Below, piece by piece: positions 19,264-29,453 of a DNA stretch of 64,000 nucleotides (positions within the stretch are counted from its first letter, which is position 1; the number at the start of each line of letters is the position of its first letter). The notes under the pieces were generated by a model. The model saw nothing but the letters and a program-made list of their open reading frames with translations. It was not told where the DNA came from and did no database searches. Both the position numbers and the translations under genes were made by a program. The stretch comes from Gemmatimonadales bacterium. Lineage in GTDB: Bacteria; Gemmatimonadota; Gemmatimonadetes; Gemmatimonadales; GWC2-71-9. The stretch covers positions 32,001 through 96,000 of the forward strand of contig JBBCJC010000002.1 in the NCBI GenBank assembly GCA_037189525.1, in the 5' to 3' direction.

Positions 19264-21777
19264 CTATAGGCGAACCTGCGCCGAGAAATAAGCGCGCGCT
19301 TTACGGATATCGGCAAGCACCGCCTCGCGCTCCGCGGGAGTGTTCCAGCCCTGATGCTCCTCGGCGACCCGGGCCAAGTGATCGAGCCATCCGACGAAAT
19401 AACGAGCATCGTCGCTCGACCGAATCGGAGCACCGGCCACAGTGACATAGATCGGACTGGTCGTCGCAAAGGGATAGAGGTCGAGCGTCGGATGTCGCGC
19501 TTCCCGCGCAAAGGCCCGCAGGGTGTACCATCCGCTCTGCTTTACGGGAATCGCAACCCGGGCATCGGCGCGCTGCCCACCCTCGTCGAGTTCGATCGAA
19601 TGAACGACTCGGCCGTTTCCAACGATCTGCAGCGAATCGACCGCGACGATCGAACGCAGCGCTACCGTGGCGTACAGGGTATCCGACTTCGCCAACACGA
19701 TAGACGATCCGATGGCGCGCCCGCCGAGTGTGAACTGAAGGATGGGGCCGTTGGTCACGAAGGTTCGGCCGGCGCGGATGGCATCGAGCCAAGCCCGATA
19801 TTCGAGCCGGCCGCTTTGCGCGTAGACTCGCCCCATCCCGATCGGTCCACGCAGCGAGGCAAAATTCGCCATCGCGTCGGTTCCGGCTCCGGCCGGCAAC
19901 CGGACTCCCGTATTGAGGAGACGATACCAGACCGCAGCCGTTGCAAAGTGGTCGCTGAATCCGACCACTTCGAGATAATCGAGCCTGCCGAGCGCGGCAT
20001 CGACGGGCAACGCCATCGTGGTCGGCTCGCCTCGATCGAAATCGGGGATCACGTCGAAGGGATGGACGTATCCGACCAGGGCGCCCTGGGCCCGCGCCAG
20101 CTCAAAGATGTGACTGTTGTGGGGAAAGAGACTCGCCGCGGCCGTGTTCACGTAGGCGGCGTAGTTCGGCATGATGAAGTGATCCCGCAAGCCAAGCAGA
20201 CCTGTGTGTCCCCAGTAGCTGGTATGGAATTCCTCGTCGTGCTTGATGAGTACCCGGGCGGTAGAAGCCGGATCGAGCTTCGGACTGAAATACCCGATGT
20301 CCGGAATCCGGGCCTCCTTGTTGACGATCAGGTTTTCCACCACATGCAGATCCTCGGCCTCCGCCTGCCGCCGAAGCTGCCGAGGAGTGTTGCGATAGTG
20401 CCCGCCGTAGTTCATGTGGACGTGGAGATCGCCACTCCACCATCCGGCCGCCGGCAGATCGATCAGACGGCGCATCACGAGGCGGCGCGCGGCGGGACCG
20501 TTCGATACCGTGATAGTATCGACCCGCCTGGCATACTCGTATCCCTTGGTGGTCTCCACCAAGTAGCGGCCCGGCTCGAGGTCGAGACGCGCGGTGCCGG
20601 CAGTATGGAAATAGGTGAACTCAAATGGCCGTTCCGCCCGATCGAACCCGTCGTCGGCGTGCGCCCAGGCGTCCGCGGGAAACCGGCCGCGTCCCAGCGC
20701 ATCGGTGACCGACAGCCGCGCAGCAATCGGGCGCCCCGCCGGATCGACGACCGTCAGCGTCAGCTGCTGCCGCGCCGTCGGCGCCTGGCGAACCCGCGGT
20801 GCGACTTCGACCACGCGACCACCCGGCACCGTCACGATACGCAGGCTGGTGTTGCCGCCCTCGTTGCTGATGAACGCGATCTGCCGCCCGTCCGGCGACC
20901 ATCGCGGATTGGTGGCGTCGAAATCCCCGTAGGTGAGCTGGAACGGATCACCGCCTTCACTCGTCATCAGCCAGAGCTGATGCCACTGGCGACCCAGATA
21001 GGAACTGTAGACGACCCGTTTGCCGTCCGGAGCCCAATCGGGGCGCGCCTTCCAGGTCGTCTCCTCGTAGTAAATCTGCCGAGGAACCGCGCCGGGCCGG
21101 GCGTCCAAGCGCCAGAATCCGCCGCTGCCCCAGATCCGATCGGCGTTCGAAATCAGAATCAGTTCCCGGCCATCGGGCGACCAGGTTGGAGAGAGGAAGT
21201 GATCCCAGACGCTGTAGTAGTAGCGCGGAAGCGGGCTCCGACGGTCGGCGGTGATACGCACCGGCATGCCGACCGCTTCACCCTCTCGAACATCGAGCAG
21301 ATACACGTGCCAGCGGCCTTCGTGCGCCGTCGACACGAAGGCCACCTTGTCACCGGCCGGGGCAAATCGGGGCTCGAGATTGACCGCCTGGTTGCTCACC
21401 AAGGGTCGATCGGCTCCGGTCGTCAGGTCGAGCAGCCGGAGACCGATGTCATCGTGCCGATACGAGGCGTAGACGATGTAGCGCCCATCGGGAGACCAAT
21501 CCGGCTGGTAGTCATATCCCGGACCGTCGGTGAGCTGGCGCGTCGTATCGGTTCCCAGTACATGGCGCCAGAGCGATCCGGCCATCGAATACACGACGCT
21601 CTGCCCATCAGGCGACCACGCCACCGACGAGGGGCCGCTGGTCAGCTGCGGCAGGTACATCTCGCGATAGTAGTAGTTGTGCGGCACCGCAATCTGCCGC
21701 AGCACCGTTTCGCGCTGTGCTTCGAGGCTGCCGGCGCCCCAGAACAGTCCACAGAGGATCAGCGCGCCGCTGCGCAC
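19264..21777 (-). CDS. TolB-like propeller + PHP-type (CehA/McbA-like) metallohydrolase
   Basis: Multiple WSPDG repeats, then 'WWSGDLHVHM', 'YVHP', 'GAGTDAM' metal-site motifs; signal peptide. Confidence 0.75.
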   Translation of the reverse strand: MRSGALILCGLFWGAGSLEAQRETVLRQIAVPHNYYYREMYLPQLTSGPSSVAWSPDGQSVVYSMAGSLWRHVLGTDTTRQLTDGPGYDYQPDWSPDGRYIVYASYRHDDIGLRLLDLTTGADRPLVSNQAVNLEPRFAPAGDKVAFVSTAHEGRWHVYLLDVREGEAVGMPVRITADRRSPLPRYYYSVWDHFLSPTWSPDGRELILISNADRIWGSGGFWRLDARPGAVPRQIYYEETTWKARPDWAPDGKRVVYSSYLGRQWHQLWLMTSEGGDPFQLTYGDFDATNPRWSPDGRQIAFISNEGGNTSLRIVTVPGGRVVEVAPRVRQAPTARQQLTLTVVDPAGRPIAARLSVTDALGRGRFPADAWAHADDGFDRAERPFEFTYFHTAGTARLDLEPGRYLVETTKGYEYARRVDTITVSNGPAARRLVMRRLIDLPAAGWWSGDLHVHMNYGGHYRNTPRQLRRQAEAEDLHVVENLIVNKEARIPDIGYFSPKLDPASTARVLIKHDEEFHTSYWGHTGLLGLRDHFIMPNYAAYVNTAAASLFPHNSHIFELARAQGALVGYVHPFDVIPDFDRGEPTTMALPVDAALGRLDYLEVVGFSDHFATAAVWYRLLNTGVRLPAGAGTDAMANFASLRGPIGMGRVYAQSGRLEYRAWLDAIRAGRTFVTNGPILQFTLGGRAIGSSIVLAKSDTLYATVALRSIVAVDSLQIVGNGRVVHSIELDEGGQRADARVAIPVKQSGWYTLRAFAREARHPTLDLYPFATTSPIYVTVAGAPIRSSDDARYFVGWLDHLARVAEEHQGWNTPAEREAVLADIRKARAYFSAQVRL

Positions 21778-21782
21778 GGGAG

Positions 21783-23066
21783 CTACACGCCCTTGGCCAG
21801 ATAGGTCCGGAGCGCCTGTACCGCGCGATCCACTTCGGCCGGACTGTTATAGAAGTGCGGCGAGAAGCGAATCCCCGGGCGATCCGTGCCGCCTCGGGTC
21901 GCCACCGCGATCCGATCCCGCTGATACAACGCGGCAGCCAGACGGGCGGGATCGAGACTGCCGGGCCGCAGCGCGACGACAGCGCCACTCCGGCCCGGCT
22001 CACGACTGGTCCACAACTCCACGCCGGGCAGCTCGGCCAACTGCTGGCGGAGCCGGTCGGCCAGCCCCAGGGCGCGCCGCTCGATCGCCGCCATGCCGAT
22101 CTGCCGGTGGAAGGCTACCGGACGATCGAGCACCGCGAGGGCCGCTTCGTCACGCTGCCCCATTGCCTCGAGCGTCCGCGAGATCCCGACCTTACCTCCG
22201 TACAGACTGACGACCGACGGCGTGATCCGATCGTGGACAGCGCGATTGACGTACAGGATGCCCGTCTCTTTGGGACCGCAGAGCCACTTGTGGATCGAGG
22301 CGCTGTAGAAGTCGGGGCCGATGCGACTCAGATCGAGATCGAAGAGCCCGACGGTCTGCGCACCGTCGACCATCGAGAGCACGTTCCGCTCGCGAGCCAA
22401 ACGACAGAGCGTTTCGGCAGGAAAGCGATCGCCGACGGTATTGGTCACATGGGTAAATGCCAGCACCCGGGTCCGCGGCGTCAAGGCGCGGGTGACGGCA
22501 TCGAGATAGTGCGCATCGCCGGGGTGCGGGTTGACGACCGGCACGGTCACCACGGTAAAGCCGAACCGTGCCGCCTTGACCCGCCAGGCCGCTTCGTTGC
22601 TCGGATGGTTGTCGCTCAGCACGACGACTTCGTCGCCGCGCGACAGATTGAGACCACTCGACACCAGGTTATTGCTCTCACTGGTGTTCCTGGTCATCAG
22701 GATCTCATCCGCACTGACCGACAGGAAGTCGGCAATAGCCTGGCGAGACGCCTCACGGCGCTCGGCAAGCTTGGCGCGCATGGCCGGCGAGGGATCCGAA
22801 TCGAGCTGACGGGAGGCTTCGATCAGCGCCTGGGCGCCGTCGAGCGACACCGGGCACAGATTGGCCGCATTCATGAACGCCATGTCGGCAGGCAACACCA
22901 TGCGGCGGCGCACCTCGGCCCAATACGCTTCGTCCGGCTGGGCCGGCGCCGAGGGCAAGGGACGCTGTGCCGCGAGGAAATCGCGCTCGCTGCGGAAGGT
23001 GCTGCTCAGCCACGGCACCCCGGCAACGGCAGCCAGTCGGGTAAACGTCCTCCGCGATAACGTCAT
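21783..23066 (-). CDS. Tat-exported class V PLP-dependent aminotransferase-fold enzyme
   Basis: Tat motif 'LSRRTF', 'TRNTSE', 'VDGAQ', 'SIHKWLCGP' (PLP Lys), 'RFSPHFYN'. GGAG RBS before ATG 23066. Confidence 0.83.
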   Translation of the reverse strand: MTLSRRTFTRLAAVAGVPWLSSTFRSERDFLAAQRPLPSAPAQPDEAYWAEVRRRMVLPADMAFMNAANLCPVSLDGAQALIEASRQLDSDPSPAMRAKLAERREASRQAIADFLSVSADEILMTRNTSESNNLVSSGLNLSRGDEVVVLSDNHPSNEAAWRVKAARFGFTVVTVPVVNPHPGDAHYLDAVTRALTPRTRVLAFTHVTNTVGDRFPAETLCRLARERNVLSMVDGAQTVGLFDLDLSRIGPDFYSASIHKWLCGPKETGILYVNRAVHDRITPSVVSLYGGKVGISRTLEAMGQRDEAALAVLDRPVAFHRQIGMAAIERRALGLADRLRQQLAELPGVELWTSREPGRSGAVVALRPGSLDPARLAAALYQRDRIAVATRGGTDRPGIRFSPHFYNSPAEVDRAVQALRTYLAKGV

Positions 23067-23115
23067 CGTCCAGGCTCCTCGAGAATCCGGCGATTCGTCC
23101 CTCAAATAGGCGGCT

Positions 23116-24471
23116 TCAGTATGCGCCTTCGGCCGCAAGCTCCCGATCCAGGCGGTTCAACGCTGCTTCGAGCCGAGCCAGCATCTCGGTCATCTCGTCG
23201 GCGGTCGTCACGAAGGGCGGGGCCAGACAGATGATATCTCCGTTGGTGCCGTCTGCCTGCCCGGCGCTGGGCCAGACCACGAGTCCCTCATCCAGCGCCA
23301 GCTCCGCCAACCGCTCGGCCACTCGCGCTGCTCTGGGGAAGGGCCGCTTGGCGGGCCGGTCGGCCACCAGCTCGATTCCAGCCAGCATGCCGCGGCCCCG
23401 CACGTCGCCAACCAGGGGATGGGCGCGGAACCGTTCCAGCATGGCATGGAGTTCGGCGCCTCGCGCCTGGCACCGCGCCAGCAGATCATGCTCGCGGATA
23501 TACCGTACCACGGCAAGCCCGGCGGCGCACATCATCGGCGTGTGCGTAAAGGTCTGCGCATGCAGCACGCCCCCGGACCGGCGGGCAATCGGATCGAGCA
23601 CCCGCTCCGGCGCCGCCACCGCAGCAAGCGGAGCGTAACCGCCGCTGATTCCCTTCCCCATCACCATCAGGTCCGGTACGACGCCGTACGGCTCCACCGC
23701 CGACCAGGTCCCGGTCCGGCCGGCGCCGACCAGGACCTCGTCGGCAATCCAAAGGATCCGATGCCGGTCGCAAATCTCACGAACGGTGGCCCAGTATTCG
23801 GGCCGAGGCACCGAGGCGCCGGTCGAGGACCCGCCAACCGTTTCACCGATGAATGCCGCAATCGTGTCAGCTCCTTCGCGCCGGATGACATCCTCCAGCA
23901 GGCGACCGGTACACCGGGGACAATCGGATGCGCCTCCGCACAGGCAGCGATAGGCGTAGGGCGCGGGCATCTGAATCACCGGCACCAGCCACTCCGAAAA
24001 GATGGTCCGGTAACTGGCCCGTGCCGACACGGACAGCGCGAGCAGGGTATTGCCGTGATACGCCGGCGCCAGCGCGATCACCTTGTGCTTGGTGCGGATG
24101 CCGGACTCGACCCAGTGCTGGCGGGCCAGCTTGAGCGCCGCCTCAACCGCGTCGGAACCGCTCGAAAGGAAAAACAACTTGCTCAGGTCGCCCGGCAGCA
24201 AGGCGGCCATTTCCGCAGCAAGCGACTCCGCCGCGTCGTTGGTGAACATCATCCCGCTGACATACGCCAACTGGCGGATCTGATCGGCAACGGCGTCGAC
24301 CACGTCGGGAACACCATGCCCCAGATTGGCGACGTAGGCCCCGCCGGAGCCGTCGAGATAGTCCTTGCCGGTGTCGTCGTACAGCCGCGCTCCGGCCCCC
24401 CGCACGATCTTGGGAAAGCTGCGGTCGAAGCGCCGATACAGGAGCGCCGTTTCAGGGTAGCGATAACTCAT
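23116..24471 (-). CDS. Class III aminotransferase
   Basis: 'YLDGSGGA', 'SGSDAVEAALK', 'YHGNT', 'ADEVLVGAGRTG', 'MGKGISGGYAP'. Confidence 0.88.
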   Translation of the reverse strand: MSYRYPETALLYRRFDRSFPKIVRGAGARLYDDTGKDYLDGSGGAYVANLGHGVPDVVDAVADQIRQLAYVSGMMFTNDAAESLAAEMAALLPGDLSKLFFLSSGSDAVEAALKLARQHWVESGIRTKHKVIALAPAYHGNTLLALSVSARASYRTIFSEWLVPVIQMPAPYAYRCLCGGASDCPRCTGRLLEDVIRREGADTIAAFIGETVGGSSTGASVPRPEYWATVREICDRHRILWIADEVLVGAGRTGTWSAVEPYGVVPDLMVMGKGISGGYAPLAAVAAPERVLDPIARRSGGVLHAQTFTHTPMMCAAGLAVVRYIREHDLLARCQARGAELHAMLERFRAHPLVGDVRGRGMLAGIELVADRPAKRPFPRAARVAERLAELALDEGLVVWPSAGQADGTNGDIICLAPPFVTTADEMTEMLARLEAALNRLDRELAAEGAY

Positions 24472-24535
24472 GAGAATGGTCTAGCTTAACCTCGATTCCG
24501 CGGATCGGACAGCGGCCTGCGAGGAGCGGGTACCC

Positions 24536-26272
24536 ATGCGAACACGCGTTGCACTGACCGGCCTGCTGCTCGCCGGACCCCCGGCCTGGGGCCAGGTCGT
24601 CGACTCCAATGTTGCCGTGCCGATGCGCGACGGTGTTGTCCTGCGAGCCACCGTCCTCAAACCCGCGGCGACGGGCCGATTTCCGGTGCTCGTCTACCGC
24701 TCACCGTACAACGCGGCTTCGGCCACCCGAACCTATACCACGTTCCGGCGGGCCGTGGAGCGGGGCTATGCCGTAGTCGCCCAGGATGTGCGGGGCCGCT
24801 ACGCATCGGACGGCGAGTACCTTCCGTACCGGCAGGAGGGGCGGGATGGCTACGACACCATCGAATGGGCCGCGGTCCAACCATGGTCGACCGGAGAGGT
24901 CGGCACGTTCGGGCTGTCGTATCCCGGGGCGGTGCAGTGGCTCGCCGCCGTCGAAAATCCGCCGCACTTGAAGGCCATGGTGCCGGCCATGACGTTCTCG
25001 CGGCCGACCAACTTTTTCAGCGTGGCAGGACTCCCCGATCTCTCGTGGCCCACCTGGATCTGGACCAACATCGTTCCCGACGTTCACCGCAGAAAAGGTC
25101 TCCCTGCCCCCCACACCGGCCAGGAAGCCCGTGCCATGTGGGAGACACTCGGCCCGGACATCCTCTACCGGGTTCCGCTCGAGAACGTCCCGGAGATTTC
25201 GCGAGCCGCACCCTGGTATCTCGAATGGCTCCGGCACCCGCCCGAGGATCCCTGGTGGAGTTGGGCCGATCTCACCACCAAGTACCACCGCAATCCGGCC
25301 GCGGTGCTCAACATCAGCGGCTGGCATGATGAGAGCTACGGCCCGGAAGGGGCGCTCACCAACCATCGCGGACTGCTGGCGGCGCGCCAGGACCAGGCGG
25401 ATCCGCGGAGCTACCTGATTCTGGGGCCTTGGGTCCACGGCACCAGCGGCATGAACAACCGGCAACCCGACGCTGCCGTCGGCGAACGACCGGTGACCGC
25501 CGCGGCCGGCATCGACTATGACGAAGAAATCCTGCGATTCATGGACCGCTACGTCCGGAACCTTCCGAACGGCGTCGAGCGGACCCCGAAAGTCCGGGTC
25601 TTCGTGATGGGAGAAAATGCCTGGCGGAGCGGCGACAGCTGGCCCCTTCCGGGCACGACACCCGTCACCTTCCACCTCAATCGGACCGGCACCGGACGCG
25701 GCAGCCTGGATCGCGACCCGAGCGGCGGCCCCGGACGCTGGGCCCTGGTGTCCGACCCTGACCGGCCCGTGATCGATCCGCATTTCGGGTCCTCGGGCGC
25801 CCATGACTACCGGGCCCTGGCCGACCAGGAGAACGTGCTCGTCTTCGAAACGGAGCCGCTTGCCGCGGACCTCCGTGTGGTCGGGAACATCACCGCTCGG
25901 CTCACCATCAGCAGCGACGCGCCCGATACCGACATCTGGGTCAAACTGCTCGACGTCGCCCCGGACGGCACCGCCTGGAATCTGATGAGCCCCGGGCTCG
26001 ACGTGCAGCGGCTGAGCGCTCGGCCGGGGCACACGCCCCTGGTTGCGAACCAACCGACCGAGGTGATTCTCGATCAGCTGCTCACAGCCAACATGTTCAA
26101 ACGAGGCCACCGGATCCGCATTGCCGTAATGACGAGCTTCATGCCGCATTTCAGCCGGAACCTGCATACCGGCAAGTCCGAGGTCACCTCGGCGGAAAAG
26201 CGGATTGCCCGGGTGAGCGTGCATTTCGGCCCGGGGCAGGCCTCGACGCTCGTCCTGCCGGTGATCCCCTGA
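24536..26272 (+). CDS. CocE/NonD family serine hydrolase (S15)
   Basis: 'VPMRDGVVL', 'QDVRGRYASDG', 'DGYDTIEW', 'GLSYPG', 'GWHD', 'GPWVH'. Confidence 0.9.
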   Translation: MRTRVALTGLLLAGPPAWGQVVDSNVAVPMRDGVVLRATVLKPAATGRFPVLVYRSPYNAASATRTYTTFRRAVERGYAVVAQDVRGRYASDGEYLPYRQEGRDGYDTIEWAAVQPWSTGEVGTFGLSYPGAVQWLAAVENPPHLKAMVPAMTFSRPTNFFSVAGLPDLSWPTWIWTNIVPDVHRRKGLPAPHTGQEARAMWETLGPDILYRVPLENVPEISRAAPWYLEWLRHPPEDPWWSWADLTTKYHRNPAAVLNISGWHDESYGPEGALTNHRGLLAARQDQADPRSYLILGPWVHGTSGMNNRQPDAAVGERPVTAAAGIDYDEEILRFMDRYVRNLPNGVERTPKVRVFVMGENAWRSGDSWPLPGTTPVTFHLNRTGTGRGSLDRDPSGGPGRWALVSDPDRPVIDPHFGSSGAHDYRALADQENVLVFETEPLAADLRVVGNITARLTISSDAPDTDIWVKLLDVAPDGTAWNLMSPGLDVQRLSARPGHTPLVANQPTEVILDQLLTANMFKRGHRIRIAVMTSFMPHFSRNLHTGKSEVTSAEKRIARVSVHFGPGQASTLVLPVIP

Positions 26273-26280
26273 TCTCCACA

Positions 26281-28005
26281 ATGCCGACGCGACCGACGCC
26301 AAAAGCCATGCGCCGCATGAGACCCGCCGTCATCCGATTCCTTCTCGGTGCGCTAGTGGTGGCAGGCGCCGGGTGCCGCCCCGCACGCCCGGCCGACCTG
26401 GTCCTTCGAAGTGTGGCAGTCTACACCATGGCTCTACCGGACACGGCGGAAGCAATCGCCGTTCGGGCAGGTAAAATCGTCTATGTCGGCGACAACGCGG
26501 GGGCCGACCGACTGATCGGCGATTCGACGGAGGTGCTCGATTTGGCGGGACGGATGGTCCTGCCCAGCTTCCGCGACATCCACGTCCATCCGCAGTCGGG
26601 CGTCGAATCGGGTGAGTGCCAGCTCGGCAGTCTGGGCACACCCGCCGCCATCGTGGACTCGCTGCGCAACTGCATCGCCGCGGTTCCGCCGGGCGGCTGG
26701 GTCCGGGGCCACGGCTGGCAGTTGCCCGTCTTTCCGAACGGGAACCCGCACAAGCGCCTGCTCGATTCGATTGCCCCCGATCATCCGGTCGTCGTCGTGG
26801 CCGCGGACGGACACTCCACCTGGGTCAATTCCCGGGCACTCGCCCTGGCCGGCATCGACCGGACCACCCCCGACCCCGTCGGAGGACGGATCGAACGGGA
26901 CCCGTCGGGCGAACCGTCCGGCACCCTGCGTGAGAGTGCCGTCGACCTGGTCACGCGTCATTTGCCCAGGCGCACCGAGGCCGAACTCCGGGAAGGCATC
27001 CGGAAAGGACTGGCGCTGGCCAATCGCTTCGGCATCACGGCGGTCCACGACGCGTCGGTCGGTCCGGAAGCGCTCGCTGCGTATGCCACCCTCGATCGCG
27101 ATGGCGAACTGACGGCGCGGGTCGTCGCCGCCCAGTATGTCGATCCCGACGCCGGCCTCGATCAGGTGGATTCCCTCATCGCCCGACGCAAGCGGTTTGC
27201 CGGCACCCGCTACTTTCGGCCCGACGCGGCCAAGTTCTTTGCCGACGGTGTCATCGAAGCGGGCACCGCAGCGCTGCTCGAGCCCTACACGGCCACCGCC
27301 AGCCGCGGTGCCGCGAACTTCCGGCAAGGACAACTCGATTCACTCGTGGCGGCGCTCGATCGGGCTCGGATTCAGATCCACATCCACGCCATCGGCGATC
27401 GCGCCATCCGAAGCAGCCTCGATGCGATCGAACGGGCGCGGGGTTCACGCCAGGCGCTGACACTACCACCGATCCTGGCCCACCTCCAGCTGATCGACTC
27501 TGCCGACATTCCCCGATTCGCCGCACTCGGCGTCGTGGCCGGGTTCCAACCGCTCTGGGCCTACGCGGACGAGTACATCACCGAGCTGACCGAACCCGTC
27601 TTGGGGCCTGCCCGGTCGCGCTGGTTGTATCCGATCGGATCAGTCGCCCGAACCGGGGCCATGATTGCGGCGGGCAGTGATTGGAGTGTCTCGTCGCTCG
27701 ATCCGCTCGAGGCCATCCAGACGGCCTTGACCCGCCTCCCGCTCGAAGCCGGCGCAAGCGATGCTGCCTGGCTGCCGACCGAGCGCGTCGATCTCACCAC
27801 CATGCTGCGCGCCTACACCATCAACGGCGCCCGCGCCGCAGGCGAAGAGAAACGGACCGGGTCGCTCACGGTGGGCAAGGCGGCGGACCTGATCGTGGTC
27901 GACCGTAACCTTTATCAAATACCGCCGGCCGAGATTCATCGGGCGCGGGTACTGCTGACGCTGCTCGATGGACAATCGGTCTTCCGCGATCGTGCGCTTC
28001 GGTAG
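26281..28005 (+). CDS. Amidohydrolase (YtcJ / amidohydro_3 type)
   Basis: 'DIHVH', 'DGHSTWVNS', 'KFFADG', 'HAIGD', 'GSDW', 'GKAADL'. Start may be 26308 or 26317. Confidence 0.87.
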   Translation: MPTRPTPKAMRRMRPAVIRFLLGALVVAGAGCRPARPADLVLRSVAVYTMALPDTAEAIAVRAGKIVYVGDNAGADRLIGDSTEVLDLAGRMVLPSFRDIHVHPQSGVESGECQLGSLGTPAAIVDSLRNCIAAVPPGGWVRGHGWQLPVFPNGNPHKRLLDSIAPDHPVVVVAADGHSTWVNSRALALAGIDRTTPDPVGGRIERDPSGEPSGTLRESAVDLVTRHLPRRTEAELREGIRKGLALANRFGITAVHDASVGPEALAAYATLDRDGELTARVVAAQYVDPDAGLDQVDSLIARRKRFAGTRYFRPDAAKFFADGVIEAGTAALLEPYTATASRGAANFRQGQLDSLVAALDRARIQIHIHAIGDRAIRSSLDAIERARGSRQALTLPPILAHLQLIDSADIPRFAALGVVAGFQPLWAYADEYITELTEPVLGPARSRWLYPIGSVARTGAMIAAGSDWSVSSLDPLEAIQTALTRLPLEAGASDAAWLPTERVDLTTMLRAYTINGARAAGEEKRTGSLTVGKAADLIVVDRNLYQIPPAEIHRARVLLTLLDGQSVFRDRALR

Positions 28006-28041
28006 CCCCGCACAACGAATCCCGAACCTGGTACGTTCACG

Positions 28042-28428
28042 ATGATGGATCGACGAGATATCCTGACAGCCGCCGGCGCGGTTGTGCTGGCCGGCCTCAC
28101 ACCTTTGAATGCGACATCCCTTTCGGGAGGAACCATGTACGGCTTGATCGGCAAGATGAGCGCAGTCCCGGGCCAGCGAGATGCCCTGGCTGCCATTCTG
28201 CTCGAAGGCACCACCCGGATGCCCGGATGCCTGAGCTATGTGATTGCCACCGACCCCGCCGACGCCGACGCGCTCTGGATCACCGAAGTCTGGGACAGCC
28301 AGGAGAGTCATCAGGCGTCCCTGGCGCTTCCCGACGTGAAAGAGGCGATTGCCCGAGGCCGGCCGCTGATTGCCGGCTTCAGCAACCGGGTGGAGACCAC
28401 GCCACTCGGCGGATACGGGCTCCGATAA
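28042..28428 (+). CDS. Antibiotic biosynthesis monooxygenase (ABM) family protein
   Basis: 'PGQRDAL', 'PGCLSYV', 'WITEVWDSQESH'. Alternative start at 28135 has a strong GGAGG RBS; the upstream extension looks Tat-like (DRRDIL). Confidence 0.8.
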   Translation: MMDRRDILTAAGAVVLAGLTPLNATSLSGGTMYGLIGKMSAVPGQRDALAAILLEGTTRMPGCLSYVIATDPADADALWITEVWDSQESHQASLALPDVKEAIARGRPLIAGFSNRVETTPLGGYGLR

Positions 28429-28505
28429 ACTGACCCGCTATTGACCGGGCCGCGGCCATGCCATAACGTGGAGGGTCGGAGACGCACCCGCTCCGGAGGT
28501 AGGGT

Positions 28506-29306
28506 GTGAAATACCCAACCCGTTCGATCGGTCTGGCCTGCGCGCTCAGCGTTGGAGGGTCCCTCCTTGCTGCGCCTATGTTGGCCCAGGACAGTGGCGT
28601 GATCAAGGGCGTAGTAGTCAACTACGACTCCCAACCTCTCGACCAAGCCAGCGTGGAAATCTTCGGTGCCAAGCTTACCCGGACGACCAACGCGGCCGGC
28701 GAGTTCCGCTTCGAGGGACTCGACGGTGGTTCCTATTGGCTTCGGGTTCGGCGTATCGGACACGCTCCGCTGACCTTCAGCATCACCCTGCCCAAGGGTG
28801 GCGAACGAGACCTCCGGGTAGAGTTGATGCCCGTCGCCTACGAGCTGCCGGAGATCTCGGTCTCAGGCGGTATGACCGACCGCCGGTTCCAGGAATTCCA
28901 TTGGCGGCGGCGAGCGGGCTGGGGGCGGTTCTACACCTCGGATGAGTTCGCCCGGATGCGCGCGGTGGATTTGGTCGACGTGGTCCAGCGGGGCCTGCCG
29001 ATGCACTCGCGCTTCGTGCTCGAACAGGCGGGGGGATTCAGCCACGACCAGTCACTCACCTACATGGGGTTCCCCGGCGTTTCATCGGGCGGACAGCTGT
29101 ATCGACGGGCGTCCTTCGTCGGCCCCTCGTCGAATTGCGCGCCCGGCGTCTCGATCAACGGCAACACGGCCATGCCGGGCATCCCGCTTCGAAACATTCG
29201 ACTGGATGATGTCGAGGCGATCGAGGTCTATCGCTCTCGTTGGGTTCCCGACCAGATGCGTAACCCCCAGACCACCTGCGGCCTGGTCGTCGTCTGGCTC
29301 AAGTAG
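28506..29306 (+). CDS. Secreted protein: carboxypeptidase-regulatory-like domain + C-terminal plug-like domain
   Basis: Signal peptide, 'TTNAAGEFRFEGL..GSYWLRVRRIG', C-terminal 'LDDVEAIEVYR...CGLVVVW'. Confidence 0.7.
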   Translation: MKYPTRSIGLACALSVGGSLLAAPMLAQDSGVIKGVVVNYDSQPLDQASVEIFGAKLTRTTNAAGEFRFEGLDGGSYWLRVRRIGHAPLTFSITLPKGGERDLRVELMPVAYELPEISVSGGMTDRRFQEFHWRRRAGWGRFYTSDEFARMRAVDLVDVVQRGLPMHSRFVLEQAGGFSHDQSLTYMGFPGVSSGGQLYRRASFVGPSSNCAPGVSINGNTAMPGIPLRNIRLDDVEAIEVYRSRWVPDQMRNPQTTCGLVVVWLK

Positions 29307-29453
29307 CGCCACTACACCCGCCCTCGGCAGCTGCGGTATCGCGGGCATCGGGGGCGTGGTATTTTTTTGAGGGTGAGGATGCCTGCCCGGCAGACTCCTG
29401 GCGCCGGTATCAGCATTCCGAGCGTGTACCACAGCATCGAGAGGTCCAATCCG

